In this document: positions 43,437 through 55,978 of the stretch, piece by piece | How positions within the stretch are numbered: position 1 is the stretch's first letter | Layout of the letters: every line of letters begins with the position of its first letter | Assembly: GCF_009914755.1 (NCBI RefSeq) | Contig: NC_060927.1 | DNA: 64,000 bases | Origin: the human T2T-CHM13v2.0 reference genome, Homo sapiens | Strand: one strand, 5' to 3' | The notes under the pieces: model-generated | Database searches by the model: none | What the model saw: the letters and a program-made list of their open reading frames with translations, nothing else | Told to the model about the DNA's origin: nothing | Program-made: the position numbers and the translations under genes

Positions 43437-43525
43437 GTCAAGACAGCGCCACTGAACTTCCAGCCTGGGTGACAGAGCAAGACTCTGTCTCAAAAAAAAA
43501 AAAAAAAAAGAAAAAGAAAAAGAAA
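43437..43525 (+). mobile_element. Alu 3' fragment with A/(GAAAAA)n tail
   Basis: GCGCCACTG..CCAGCCTGGGTGACAGAGCAAGACTCTGTCTC(A)n. Confidence 0.85.
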
Positions 43526-43668
43526 GATTGTCTGACAATGAAAATGTTAAGTCAGGAAACAAGAGTGTAGGTACACATGGGCACTGAACAAACTATAGGA
43601 CAGGACAGGGATAATTAAAATCCAAAATATTTGCTAAATGAAGATGGTGAAAATAAGGTTGAACTGTA

Positions 43669-44034
43669 CAGAAGCTCCTTGATTTAAAATGGGGTCATAT
43701 CATGGCAAACCCATACATAGTAAGCTGAAAATATCCTAAGCTGAAAATGCAAACAATATGTCCAATCTACTGAAATCACAGCTCAGCCTAGACTACCCTT
43801 AAATGTGCTCAGCACAATTACATTAGCCTACAGTTGGGCAAAATAATCAAACACAAAGACTATTTCATGATAAAGTGTCAAACATCTCATGTAACCTATT
43901 AAATATTGTCTTAAAAATGAAAAACAGAATGGTTGTACAGGTACTCAAAATACAGTTTCCACTGAATCTGTGCTGCTTTCCCAGTATTGGAAAGTCAAAA
44001 AATCATTAAGCCATCCTAAGTCGGGGACTGTCTG
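43669..44034 (+). mobile_element. MER47A-like (Tigger5) element
   Basis: TA|CAGAAGCTCCTTGATTTAAAATGGGG...AAGCTGAAAATATCCTAAGCTGAAAATGCA...TAAGTCGGGGACTGTCTG|TA. Confidence 0.8.
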
Positions 44035-44388
44035 TAACTGAAAGCAAAGCAAAGGAATTGTGGGGACCATGTGTAATTGAAAGCAAAGCAAAGGAACTGA
44101 CCATTACAATGGTTGAAACAGAATTAAACCTAAAGATACCTCAAATTGATTTCACTACTGTAAGATTTAGGGGTTGCATCACTAATTTGCTGGTAGACAC
44201 AAATTTTTACAATATACATATAATAAGTAATAAACACAACTCAATGGGTTCTGGGTATCAAGTTGACATTAAGGATCATATAGTTTTTCCCGAAGGTACA
44301 AAATTCCATGAATAGAGGCTATAAATTGAGCTACAGATGAATCAGATGGTTTTTCCACCACCCTACTCTTCCTGTATATACGGTAATA

Positions 44389-45068
44389 CAGTAGTTTCCC
44401 CTTAACTGTGGAGGATATGTTCCAAGACTCCCAGTGGATGCCTGAAAACATACGTAGTACCAAACTATATACTATGTTTTTCCTATACATACATACCTAT
44501 GATAAAGTTTAATTTATAAATTAGGCACAGTAAGAGATTAAAAGCAACAACAATTAAAATGATATACTGTAAAGTTCTGTGAATGTAGTCTCTCTCTCAA
44601 AATATTTTCTTGTACTACACTTATCCTTCTTGTTGTGATGATGTGAGATGATAAAATGCCTATGTGGTAAGATGAAGTGAGGTGAATTACACAGGCCTTG
44701 TGACATAGCCTTAGTCTACTAATGATCTTCTGACTGTACACCAGGAGGAGGATCATCTGCTTGGAATGATCCTGGATCAGTGAGCCATAATAATGTCCAT
44801 GGCTGGATGTCAGGAGCAAATGATGTCGATGACTAACGGGCAGGTAGTGTATACAGCATGGATATACTGGACAAAGGGAGGATTCACGTCCCAGGAGGAA
44901 TGAAGCAGGACAGCATGAGATTTCAGCATACTACTCAGAACAGCATGCAATTTAAAACTCATAAATTGTTTATTACTAAAATTTTCCACTTAATGTTTCT
45001 GAACTGTGGTTGGCTCTGGGTAACTAAAACAGTAGAAAGTGATACCTGTGGATATCAGGAGACTACTG
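44389..45068 (+). mobile_element. MER44 (Tigger7) longer variant
   Basis: TA|CAGTAGTTTCCCCTTAACTGTGGAGGATATGTTCCAAGACTCCCAGTGGATGCCTGAAA ... GGAGACTACTG|TA. Confidence 0.82.
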
Positions 45069-45107
45069 TAGTAACAGTAATAGTAGTAGTAGTGATGCTT
45101 ACTTCTT

Positions 45108-45190
45108 AGGGTTAATATAATAATTAAGTGTGGTAATGAATGTAAAGTGCTTAACCCAGTGCCTGGCACAAAGTAAGGTCTCACTGAGTG
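45108..45190 (+). mobile_element. MIR 3' fragment
   Basis: ATGTAAAGTGCTTAACCCAGTGCCTGGCACAAAGTAAG. Confidence 0.65.
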
Positions 45191-47487
45191 GCAGCTTTTA
45201 TGATGAGCAGTCATTTCCCAATATTGGAAAACGTAGAACTCTGAGGAGCCAGGGATCCACTGATCTTTTTGTCTAAATTATACCACAAACAAGCATCAAA
45301 TTGAAAGCCTAGGAAAACAATTATTTAGACAAACATTTGTAACAAAAATGTAACTCTCAACTTCTGTAGAACTGTTTTTGTTTACTAACAAAAACAAAAA
45401 ATTGAAAGCAACTACTTTTTCATAAGTCCTGCAACTGTAAAAAGATATGATTTCTTAGAAAAAATCAACATCACATAGTAGTAAAAAGCAAAAAATAAAA
45501 ATTCTCTCCTTTTCCCCTTCCCTTAATTCTATTCTCCATTGTAGAATTTGTAGGTCCTTCTAAATCTTTTTCTACGGATAGGCATCATAAGAAATGAAGC
45601 CCGCCCATCTACTTGGCTCCCATAGCACAATCAAAAGTTTATTTGCATCTGTGTTGTACTTTCAAATTTCTTACATAAAATTTCAGTTACAGATAACTGA
45701 AATTACTAGCTCTTCCCTGTGTAAAAGCTATCTACATAGATATCTAGGTTGGTTAATTAATGTTAAGAGAAAACTAAACAGTAGTTTAGTAAAGCTGTAT
45801 TACAAAAGAAATTAAGAAAATTTAATTGCCTTATAAAATAATTTTATTATTGCAAATAATTTAAGTATCAATATATTTAATGTCAAGCTTTTTAGAGAAG
45901 ATATACCCAAATTCTAAAGGCCAGTTACAAAAACTATGAAAGCTATACTGAAATTCTATTATCAAGAGGTGTAGCATTGACTAATTCTGTCCTAAAACTC
46001 TTCTATTCAAAAGCAATAGTCAAATTATTACTATAGCATAAGTAAATGTTTATGATATAAATGAAACTATCTCTGTAGGAATTTTAATATTTAAAATTAA
46101 AAAATTCTACAAATGGTTGGTTTATTTTTAAATTGTTAGTTTTGTGATAGTTTAATCCAGAAATTAAACTCTGGACTGAAATTCATCTTACCTTATTTGA
46201 AATTTATGTTTTAAAGTTTGAAGAGTAGAGGGGAGAAATTATTAGTAAAACTTACAGCTTTCCCAGGTCCAAAACTTCCTAGATTGCTTATATGGAATTT
46301 CTGGGGGACACCTGTCATTTATGTAAGAAAGTTAATAATCAAACTTACGAAAACCAATACATCATGTAAACTTTTTGAAACACAATGCTGTATCACTTTA
46401 CCTTAATGCTGTTATTTTCAGCATCAATTATGTAATTCAAAATACAATCATGCAGTGGAATCTATGTAGTCATTAAAAAATATACTTAATTGTTCAGTTT
46501 TTAAAAGTCTACAAAGCAGTAAGATGGTATTTTTATTTAAATAAAAAGAAAATATAGTATATGAAAATATTTATAGAAGTATTTTTCATGATGTGCTAGA
46601 ACAGTAAGTGATTTTTGTCTATTTGTCTGTGCTTTCTCAGTCTTCTGCATTGAGCATATAAAATCTAAGACTATGTAGTTATAAAAAAAGTAACTGTCAT
46701 TAAAAATTATCACCTTCACCAGCATTATACAAGCCTGCACAGGACTCTCTTCTACAAAGCTCCACTGCTATGGCCAACTGCAGAGGTGCCAAAGGACAAT
46801 GTTGTATGTCAGTGAACATTACATTTGGCAAAATTCCTGGTAGAGATTTTCCAAAAATATTTTATTTTTTCCCATGTATCTGGAACTATATCATATATTT
46901 CTTGAGGTTTTTATATTAAGGAAGAATTTAAAGGAAAAAAAGCACATTGTCTGAGAAGCCCCTAATGGAATTTGTCTTTTTACAAATGCCGTGAAAATCC
47001 AAGCATTTTTGATATGTAGAGGTCAAATGGCATAATGAAATGCTGATCTGACAATTCTATGCATGAAATTAACTTCAGAAAGTTAAATACTTGTGTTTTT
47101 CATGCTTAGAAATGATTTTCCATGACTTTCAAATCTGTTCTTATACTTTTAACTTATTCTAAAGATAATGTATTTGGATTTTATTCTAAATATTTTACAA
47201 AAACCTTATTAGAGGGCAGTGAGGAAAATTAAAAATGTTAGCTAGAATGAGATACAGTTCGTTTAATTAAACTGTTTTACTCATGCTGTAAATTACTGGC
47301 ATGGACATCTGAGTCAATAAACAACATACACAACAACCACATTAACTTTTCTTATTAATTCCCAGCTTATTTCAAATTCATGAATGGACAATGGTTTAAC
47401 AAGTTAATTCAATACAAACCTTAATTGAAAATTATTTTGGTGCCCTCAGATATTAAAACATAAGAATAAAAAAAAGTCCCTGCTCAG

Positions 47488-47533
47488 AAAGTTTATAAAA
47501 TAATGAGGCAAAAGTTTATAAAATAATGAGGCA
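47488..47533. repeat. 23-bp perfect tandem duplication
   Basis: AAAGTTTATAAAATAATGAGGCA x2. Confidence 0.85.
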
Positions 47534-48092
47534 AGTCTACCACATAAAAAAACTTCATAAAGCTTATTATATGATTATCCACTTTCTTTTTTTTGCTTAA
47601 ACTTAAATTCAGAGAAGAGTTATCCATTTTTCCAGGGTTAGTTTCCCCCAGATACTCTCTTATGAGGTTTTCTAGAAAGAAAATGAAAAGAAAGCAGAAA
47701 AGAACAGTTTAATACGAGTTCCCTACTTATCATAAGCACTAAGGGTGCATGACTATTACCTTAAAAAACGTGAGAACTGAACTGGGCATTTATGAGACCA
47801 CCTTTAAGAAAATTTCAAATCTATTCTTAAAGTCATGTTTATCAGTACATGAAAGTATTTGTTTAAAATACAGAACGTCTTAATAACATTTAACTTTGAA
47901 AACAAACACATATAACTTCTCTTTTCCAACTTAAATCAGGAAAACTAGAATAGCTAGATCAGCATTTCTTAGGAATTTTTATTCAAATGAAACCTCATAT
48001 ATATTTAACATTTGAAGAACAGATGTTAGCAATAATAGGAAGGAGGGAGGGAGGGAGGCAAGCAGGAAGGAAGGAGAAAGAAAAAGATTTGA

Positions 48093-48394
48093 TATTTATT
48101 ATTTATTTATTTATTTGTGACAGAGTCTGACTCTGCCGCCCAGGCTAGAGTGCAGTGGTACTTGGCTTACTGCAACATCTGCTTCCCAGGTTCAAGCAAT
48201 TCTCCTGCCTCAGCCTCTGGAGTACCCAGGACTACAGGTGTGCGCCATGGCACCTGGCTAGTTTTTATATTTTTAGTAGAGACAGGGTTTCACCATGTTG
48301 GTCAGGCTGGTCTTGAACTCTTGACCTCAAGTGATCTGCGCACCTCGGCCTCCCAAAGTGTTGGGATTACAGGTGTTAGCCACCACGCTTGGCT
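48093..48394 (-). mobile_element. AluS element
   Basis: (TTTA)n tail, CACCATGTTGGTCAGGCTGGTCTTGAACTCTTGACCTCAAGTGATC. Confidence 0.9.
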
Positions 48395-48398
48395 GTGA

Positions 48399-48712
48399 TA
48401 TTTATTATTTATTATTTTATTGATGGACTCGTTGACACAGTCTCGCTCTGTCACACAGGTGGAGTACAGGGGCATAATCTTGGCTTACTGCAACATTTGT
48501 CTCCCGGGCTGAAGCTACCCTCCCACTTCAGGCTCCCAAGTAGCTGGGGCTACAGGCATGTGCCACTATGCCTGGCTAATTTTTCTATTTTTTGTAGAGA
48601 CTGGGTTTCGCCATGTTCCCTAGGCTAGTCTCAAACTCCTGGGCTCAAGCAATCCACCCACCTCGGCCTCCCAAAGTGCTGGGGTTACAGGCGTGAACTA
48701 CGGCCCCTGGCC
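48399..48712 (-). mobile_element. AluJ element, head-to-tail with the preceding Alu
   Basis: TTTTGTAGAGAC...CTCCTGGGCTCAAGCAATCC J-type features. Confidence 0.88.
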
Positions 48713-51004
48713 GGACCAGTAAGATTTGGGGCTACATTAAACACACACACACAACACTCTTATGAAGTTTATTAACCTTCATGCAATAAGACTTAGAACT
48801 ATACTAAACATATACACACTTGCACAAAATACAAAGCCTAGAGCCTCCGTGCAATGTGTGGTAACTTCCAGTCAATAAATGGATGGTAAACTACTACTGG
48901 TAATTCCATCTATCCTGGGCAGCCACGGTCAAGAACATAGAAGGCACCTAGAAACCAGATATCCCAAAATGCCCTGGATGCTTGGAAATACTTACAGTTC
49001 TCTTATCTTATATCATTATCAAAACTTTCTATAAGCAGTGATTTTGGAACTTACTTACTATAGTAAGGTGATAAGTACATTTCTTAAGTATAAATGCAAG
49101 ATGACAGCATAGCACATAAATGATGAGTGTTTTATTTCAGAGTTGGCCTGCTACTACATATTGATCACGGACCATTTTGGAAAAAATAAGCACTTAATGA
49201 AAATGAAGTCTGAAATTATCAGTAACAAAATATATTAATAGCAGGTAGCATAAAATAGTATTAGCAGAAAATGAATTACAAGGACTAACAAAAAGTTGTA
49301 CAAACAAGCTCTAGACTTAAAGATTTATAAGGTATTACGGCAAGCATGAGATAGGGAATTATCACAGATGCTCACTTAGCTTCCTCAGAAATTCTACTTG
49401 CATTATGTATGAATTAAAATTAATGACAAATCGCCACAAAATTCTAAAATATAATCAGTAGAGAAATGATACAATTGTAATGAGCTAAACATATATGACA
49501 AATAGAATAGCTAATATGCCCACAGAATTGTAGCATGGTGATGGTGAGCTCAAGTACGTCAAATAAAAGCCTAGGGACAGGAGAAATGCTGAATGGTTGT
49601 GTAAGAGCAGAGACCAGGAAACTACAGCCCATTGTCTGTGTGAAGCCCATAAGCTAAGAATTAACAGATTTGCCATCAATTTGATGATTAGAAAGTACTA
49701 ACTTTGAACATCAATTAAGAGAAAGGTTATATTTCCCCAAAAAGAACTCAATTCTTCTGGTTAGTAGAGCTGTATTTAAAAATAAAAATAAAAAAAAGAC
49801 TCAATTATTATACCTCTAACTTCATCAATAAAAAAATTTGTGAAAATGTGTTTTCTCTTTTGTTACTGAGTACCTATATGATATCCTCGATTTTGCCTTT
49901 TGGCCCACAAAGCCTAAAATATTTTATCTAGTCCTTTACAGAAAAAGTTGGCCAAGCTCCGTATTCAAGCATTAATTTACATGATGGGGTAGGCTTTTAG
50001 AAAATAAAGAAAGCAAACTATTCAAATTTACATCTAAGTGTAGCACAGAAATGAAAAAGAAAATAGTTCTGTTAACAAGTGTAAAAGATTAGATAGGAAA
50101 CTCAAAAATGGTACCAAAAAGAAGATGCAAATACCACAGTGGTCTAAGCTGCAAATTGTAAGAAATTATATGGATAATAAAGAAGATCGCTTATTACACA
50201 CTAGTCTTTTCAACCATACTTGCACACACTGACATCTAGCAAAACCACCTTTGATTTTTAAAATTCCTATTTTTATAGAATGAAGTACAAGGATTTGAAA
50301 AGAACTTGATCACAGTCCTATGTTCAACTGGTAGAAGCTACTGAGGAGTTACAGCTCAGTACAATAAAAACTAAATTCAAGCTGTCCAATACAGAATAAG
50401 CTGCATCCCTAAGTAGTAATCTGATGCTGGAAGTGTTCAAGAAAATACTAGAAAACCATTTGTTAGGAATGTAACTAAAAGGTTATTTTATTGTACATTG
50501 GACAACATGACCTCTAAGGAGATTTTTCAATTTTACAATTCTATGCAAAATTTGGGATATCACAAACAAAGCCCCAGAGACAGTAGGTGTTGTTGCTTTG
50601 TCCAAACTGAAACCTTAGAATGAAACAATCTAGTGATATAAATCTAGACACTAGGTTTTTTTTTTTTTTTTAAGTAAAGGGACTTCCTTTAAGATCTCAA
50701 ATATTTAAAACTTAAAAAAATTACATTTAAAAACTCAATTAAAATCTCAGCTCTACTGTTCTTAAAAGAAAACATATATTCTAAGATAATATTTAAATAT
50801 TTGTTAATAAAGGTGTATGTATGCAAAGCTGAATGAAAGCAGAAGCTGTGTCTGAGCAAAACCAGACATATCTTTATTCAGCTTTAAATAAAATTTAAAA
50901 TAAATAAAATTATATTAAATTCATATAGACCCAATAAATAAAATTATATTAAATCCATAAGTCAAAATTTTGTTTCTATCAATGATCTAGCCAGACAGGT
51001 AGGC

Positions 51005-51175
51005 ATTCATTCTTTCATTTTATAAATACTGAATAAATATAAATAGTGACCAAATACAAGTATCTCCTATGTGCTCCACAGAGTATTAGGAGCAGGGAGT
51101 ATACAGTGAGCAAAAGCAGACACAGCTTCTGCTTTTATTCAGCTTACATACATTTTAGTGAGCTTATAGTCTAAT
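51005..51175 (-). mobile_element. L2 3' end fragment
   Basis: CATTCATTC start, CCTATGTGC...AGGAGCAGGGAGTATACAGTGAGCAAAAGCAGACACAG...GAGCTTATAGTCTA. Confidence 0.6.
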
Positions 51176-51427
51176 TTTGCTTTTAAGTACTTTAAATAAC
51201 AGATATATACCTTTCTTGCATCAGATATACATAATAGCTTTTCTAGGATCATACAAGAGAAGAGTAACTCAAATAAAAACCAAAAGGCTGGGGGGGCGTT
51301 CTTATACCCACTTTATAGCTGAACTTGCTACGTGACCTTGGATTGCTTCCTCCATTTTTTAAGTTTCTCGTATGTGTACATGTGTGATATATATTATTAA
51401 AGTAGCACAAAAATTCCTTCCAGTTCA

Positions 51428-51649
<222 letters not shown>

Positions 51650-52217
51650 TCACAGGAAAAGATTATACAATCCAAAACAGAGAAAAAGTCATCAAACTTC
51701 CTTAATGTACTTTTTAATTAAATGTTAAACTTACCAAAGAGGAAACCAGACCAATAAGAATATTCTAATAAAGGGTAAAGTCTATTATTATCAAATTTCA
51801 GGTATTCAAGTCTTCAAATAACTAGACAGAGGATTACAGTACCAAAGCTATGGCAGGACTATCTATTTATCTTACTTAAAAATAAGTCAAAGTGACACAA
51901 CGTCTGCATATTAGTAGGTACTTACAGAGGAGCAGCAAGGAAAGGTTCAATCTCTCCCAGACACTGGGCTTTAAGTCAGTGCAAATTCTGAGGAACACTT
52001 TTAAGACTTTAAATGGTTGATTTTTATGTTCTACGATGACTGACAGAAAAATGTGCTTAAATATATCATTTTTAAATAAAATGGAATAGCAATGATGGAG
52101 GAATACATTTTACTTCATAAATTATAAAAATAATCCACTTTTAAGTCAAAATGAAAACCTCAATCCGGAGAGAAAACTCTAAAAATTAACTCAATTAATA
52201 CACTTTAAAAATACTTT

Positions 52218-52343
52218 AAAGTATACATCCTGGTTTACCCAGGATAGTTATGGTTTATATGTTGTCCTAGGATAATTATTAGTAACACCTCTTTCTCTCT
52301 CAAAAGTATTATCGGATTAGAAGATAAACCGTACGGTCACTCT
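52218..52343 (-). mobile_element. MER81-like MITE
   Basis: CCTGGTTTACCCAGGATAG...ATAATTATTAGTAACACCTCTTTCTCTCTCAAAAGT...GGTCACTCT. Confidence 0.6.
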
Positions 52344-54704
52344 ATTTTAAAGCCCGCTATTAAGACTTCCTACAAGAAAAGGCTGCTTTTTAGCTTCCAG
52401 ATTTCTGAGATTCCTAGGTTTTTAATGTACCAACACTCAAGTGCTTTAGGGAGACGAATATGAATCATTGCTGGACTTTACCACCTACCAGTACGGAAGG
52501 AGAAGAAGGAACAGTAAATGGTTGACAACAAAAAATTTTAAAGGTCTGATGTGGTGAGATGTACTATCAAGAGAGACTGGAAATCGTTGCTCCAGTGACT
52601 ACTTTTTATTGACCTAGAAAAATGACATAGTATCATTTAACAAACTCGAGTTGATTTTGTCCAGTCCTAACTTAATAACCAAGACATCTATTCTGCAAAT
52701 ATAGACCAAGAGTCCTATTTAATATATTAGGAAATTGCTAAATTAAGCACATATGAAAACTTGTTAGGGAATCTTTACTCAAAGCCAATAGTAATACTAA
52801 CTGTTATAGTCAAGCGGAAAAGATGTATCTCCTTATTTATGTAAATGCTTATTTTAATCTAAGTTTTAAAACATCCCTTTACCTAGTTAATAAGATGGAA
52901 GGTAATATGCACTCAACTTTTTTCCTCTCTAATACGGAATGATTCATCTCAGATACAAGGCTGAAAAAATTGTAAGGGAATAATTATGCCTTCATAAAAA
53001 ACAATAGGAAACACTTTCTTAGGTAAGATTTAGCTACAAATATGGAAGACAAAAAGTAAAACATCAAGGAATACTCTTGCCTAGAAGTTATCACAGAAGA
53101 CTGACACTCAAAAGATTCAGGTGACAACTATACTAGCAGCCCTCAATTCATGTTACATCAGTCAAGTTAGTAAAAACAAGGTACTTATCAATCACTTTCT
53201 GGAGGACACTAAAATCTCTTCTGCTCTTACTTCAAAGGACAAATGGATGAAATTCTCCAGATAGAATAAAACTTCAACTAAATAGAAGGTACCGGAAAAA
53301 TAGAAATAGTGCTTTGGCACACTGAATTTTAGTTAGTTGGGGTTAAAGCCAGAATAGCATTTTGTTTCATATTTAACTCGGGTTCATGTTAAAGTGATCT
53401 TTCAAGACCATCTAGTTTAACACACTTATTTCATAGATAAGGAAATTAAGACATGATAAAGTTAAACGACTTGCCCAAGGTAAAGGTACTGAATAGTAGA
53501 GCTAGGCCTGGAATCATTCTCAATTCCCAATCAAAACACCACTCTCTTGAATAACTGTCTCACTGTCACAGAATAACAGCTTCTTCAAGGGTCTGTCTGT
53601 AAGTTCAATTCCTTGTTCTAAGGAAGCCTTTTGTTCTCATTCTGCCATTTGTCAGTAAGATAATATAATCAGAGACATCAGCTTTACCTCTGGCTGTATC
53701 TAAATATGACAATAATCTTGTCAGAAACAGTTACTCTTTCATTTCAAACATTACTGTTAAAAACATTTAAAAATGTAACAATATTAGTATACTTTTTGGG
53801 AGGGTCTGTTTAAAAACATTACAGTCTTAAGAGGCAAGTATCCTAAGTTTATAATGGGAAGCCAAACCTAGGCTTGCTAGGGTTCAAAAGACTCCTGTTT
53901 ATATAACTGTTCCTTAATGTGTGAGATGATGTGTTAACTTTTTGAGAACAATCAAACTGCCTTTATTTTAGGTGTTTCTGGCACAGCTCACACCAGTATC
54001 TTATATACAGATAATCAGTATCATATATTTGAATAAAATGTAAAGCAGCTGGAAAATCCAATGACATACCCAAAGACAAGGGGCTGAAATTTGCTCTTGG
54101 GGAGAGTCAAGTCTAAAAATGCCACAAAAGAATACCACCTTTCATTTCTACAGTATTTTCACTAACATTTTATTTAAGCCTCACAGCCACTCAGAAAAGA
54201 ACTGTCAGTAATCTCCACTTTACTTCAAGTGACCTGACACTCAAACCCAGGTCGACCACAAGCAAAATATTCTTTGTACTATTTTTCATCTGTCCATTCA
54301 TATATGCCATGTACCACAGCCATACTAAGACTCTGAGAATTACATACACATACATATACACATTATTATGCTCTCTACCCTCTGGTAAAGCAGATGTCAA
54401 AGTGTGGTCTACAGAGGACACTTTGTACTCTTTGCACCTGGGTCCTCTAGACATTTCTAGATGTCCCAGAGGGCAAAACTCTTTTCATAAGAATACACCT
54501 TCACTGGGTTAACATTTGTACTGAGGGTACAAAGGAAATGGTGGGTAAAACTGCTGGCCTCTTGGCAGAAATCAAAATGTGCTTTGGCATTTTGCCATTT
54601 GGCAAAATAAAAAATGATAATGTGTTTCTGATTAGGGTGTTTGCTTGTATCAGAGAATTTCTATTTATATCAAAAAGACAAAAAAACTGTCACAAGGTCT
54701 GTTC

Positions 54705-55182
<478 letters not shown>

Positions 55183-55256
55183 TAGCTTCCTATTCATGTC
55201 CAGCTGATCATGCTCTCTCTGTTCACTCCTGGCTAGTGGGCTAAGATGTAGTAAAA

Positions 55257-55629
55257 GAGAAGGTCAATAATGATTAAAGCTAATGGTCTCTATTCAGTTC
55301 CTTCTATCACTAAACATCTTGGGTGACGACTTGAGAAGGTCAATGATGATTAAAGCTAATGGTCTCTATTCAGTTCCTTCTATCACTAAACATCTTGGGT
55401 GAAGACTTGAGAAGGTCAATGATGATTAAAGCTAATGGTCTCTATTCAGTTCCTCCTATCACTAAACATCTGGGGTGAAGACTTGAGAAGGTCAATGATG
55501 ATTAAAGCTAATGGTCTCTATTCAGTTCCTCCTATCACTAAACATCTGGGGTGAAGACTTGAGAAGGTCAATGATGATTAAAGCTAATGGTCTCTATTCA
55601 GTTCCTTCTATGACTAAACATCTTGGGTG
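55257..55629. repeat. Minisatellite, 76-bp unit, about 4.9 copies
   Basis: Units start at 55257, 55333, 55409, 55485, 55561; consensus GAGAAGGTCAATGATGATTAAAGCTAATGGTCTCTATTCAGTTCCTTCTATCACTAAACATCTTGGGTGAAGACTT. Confidence 0.97.
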
Positions 55630-55978
55630 CATACTTCTGCAGAATCAGTGCATCTAGCAAAACTACTAGTGATTTAAGCTGATTTTATATTAAATAATGG
55701 AGATGGCATGAAGGAAATGTTAGCAATATGGCCATACTATCACTTTCATTATTAACTTAATGAAATAACATTAATTAATAAATTATCCAACTAGTATAAT
55801 CATGCTCAGAAGTATTTCAGGAGGATTTTAAATAAGAAAGTAAAAAAAAGTTACTTAGAATTAATTTAAATTCTTAAGGTAAAAGCTATTAGCTTTATGA
55901 TTCTAACAGTCCAAGGAAGAAAAATAGAATAGTAGGTATACCTTAAATTCTAAAAAGTAGAATTTGAAAAATTCTATA

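Noticed and set aside
55257-55629. CRISPR array, or tandem C/D snoRNA cluster (ATGATGA box-C-like motif in each unit)
   Set aside because: Units are contiguous with no unique spacers, in a mammalian context. The box-C-like motif is antisense to the host gene and has no matching CTGA box D on that strand.
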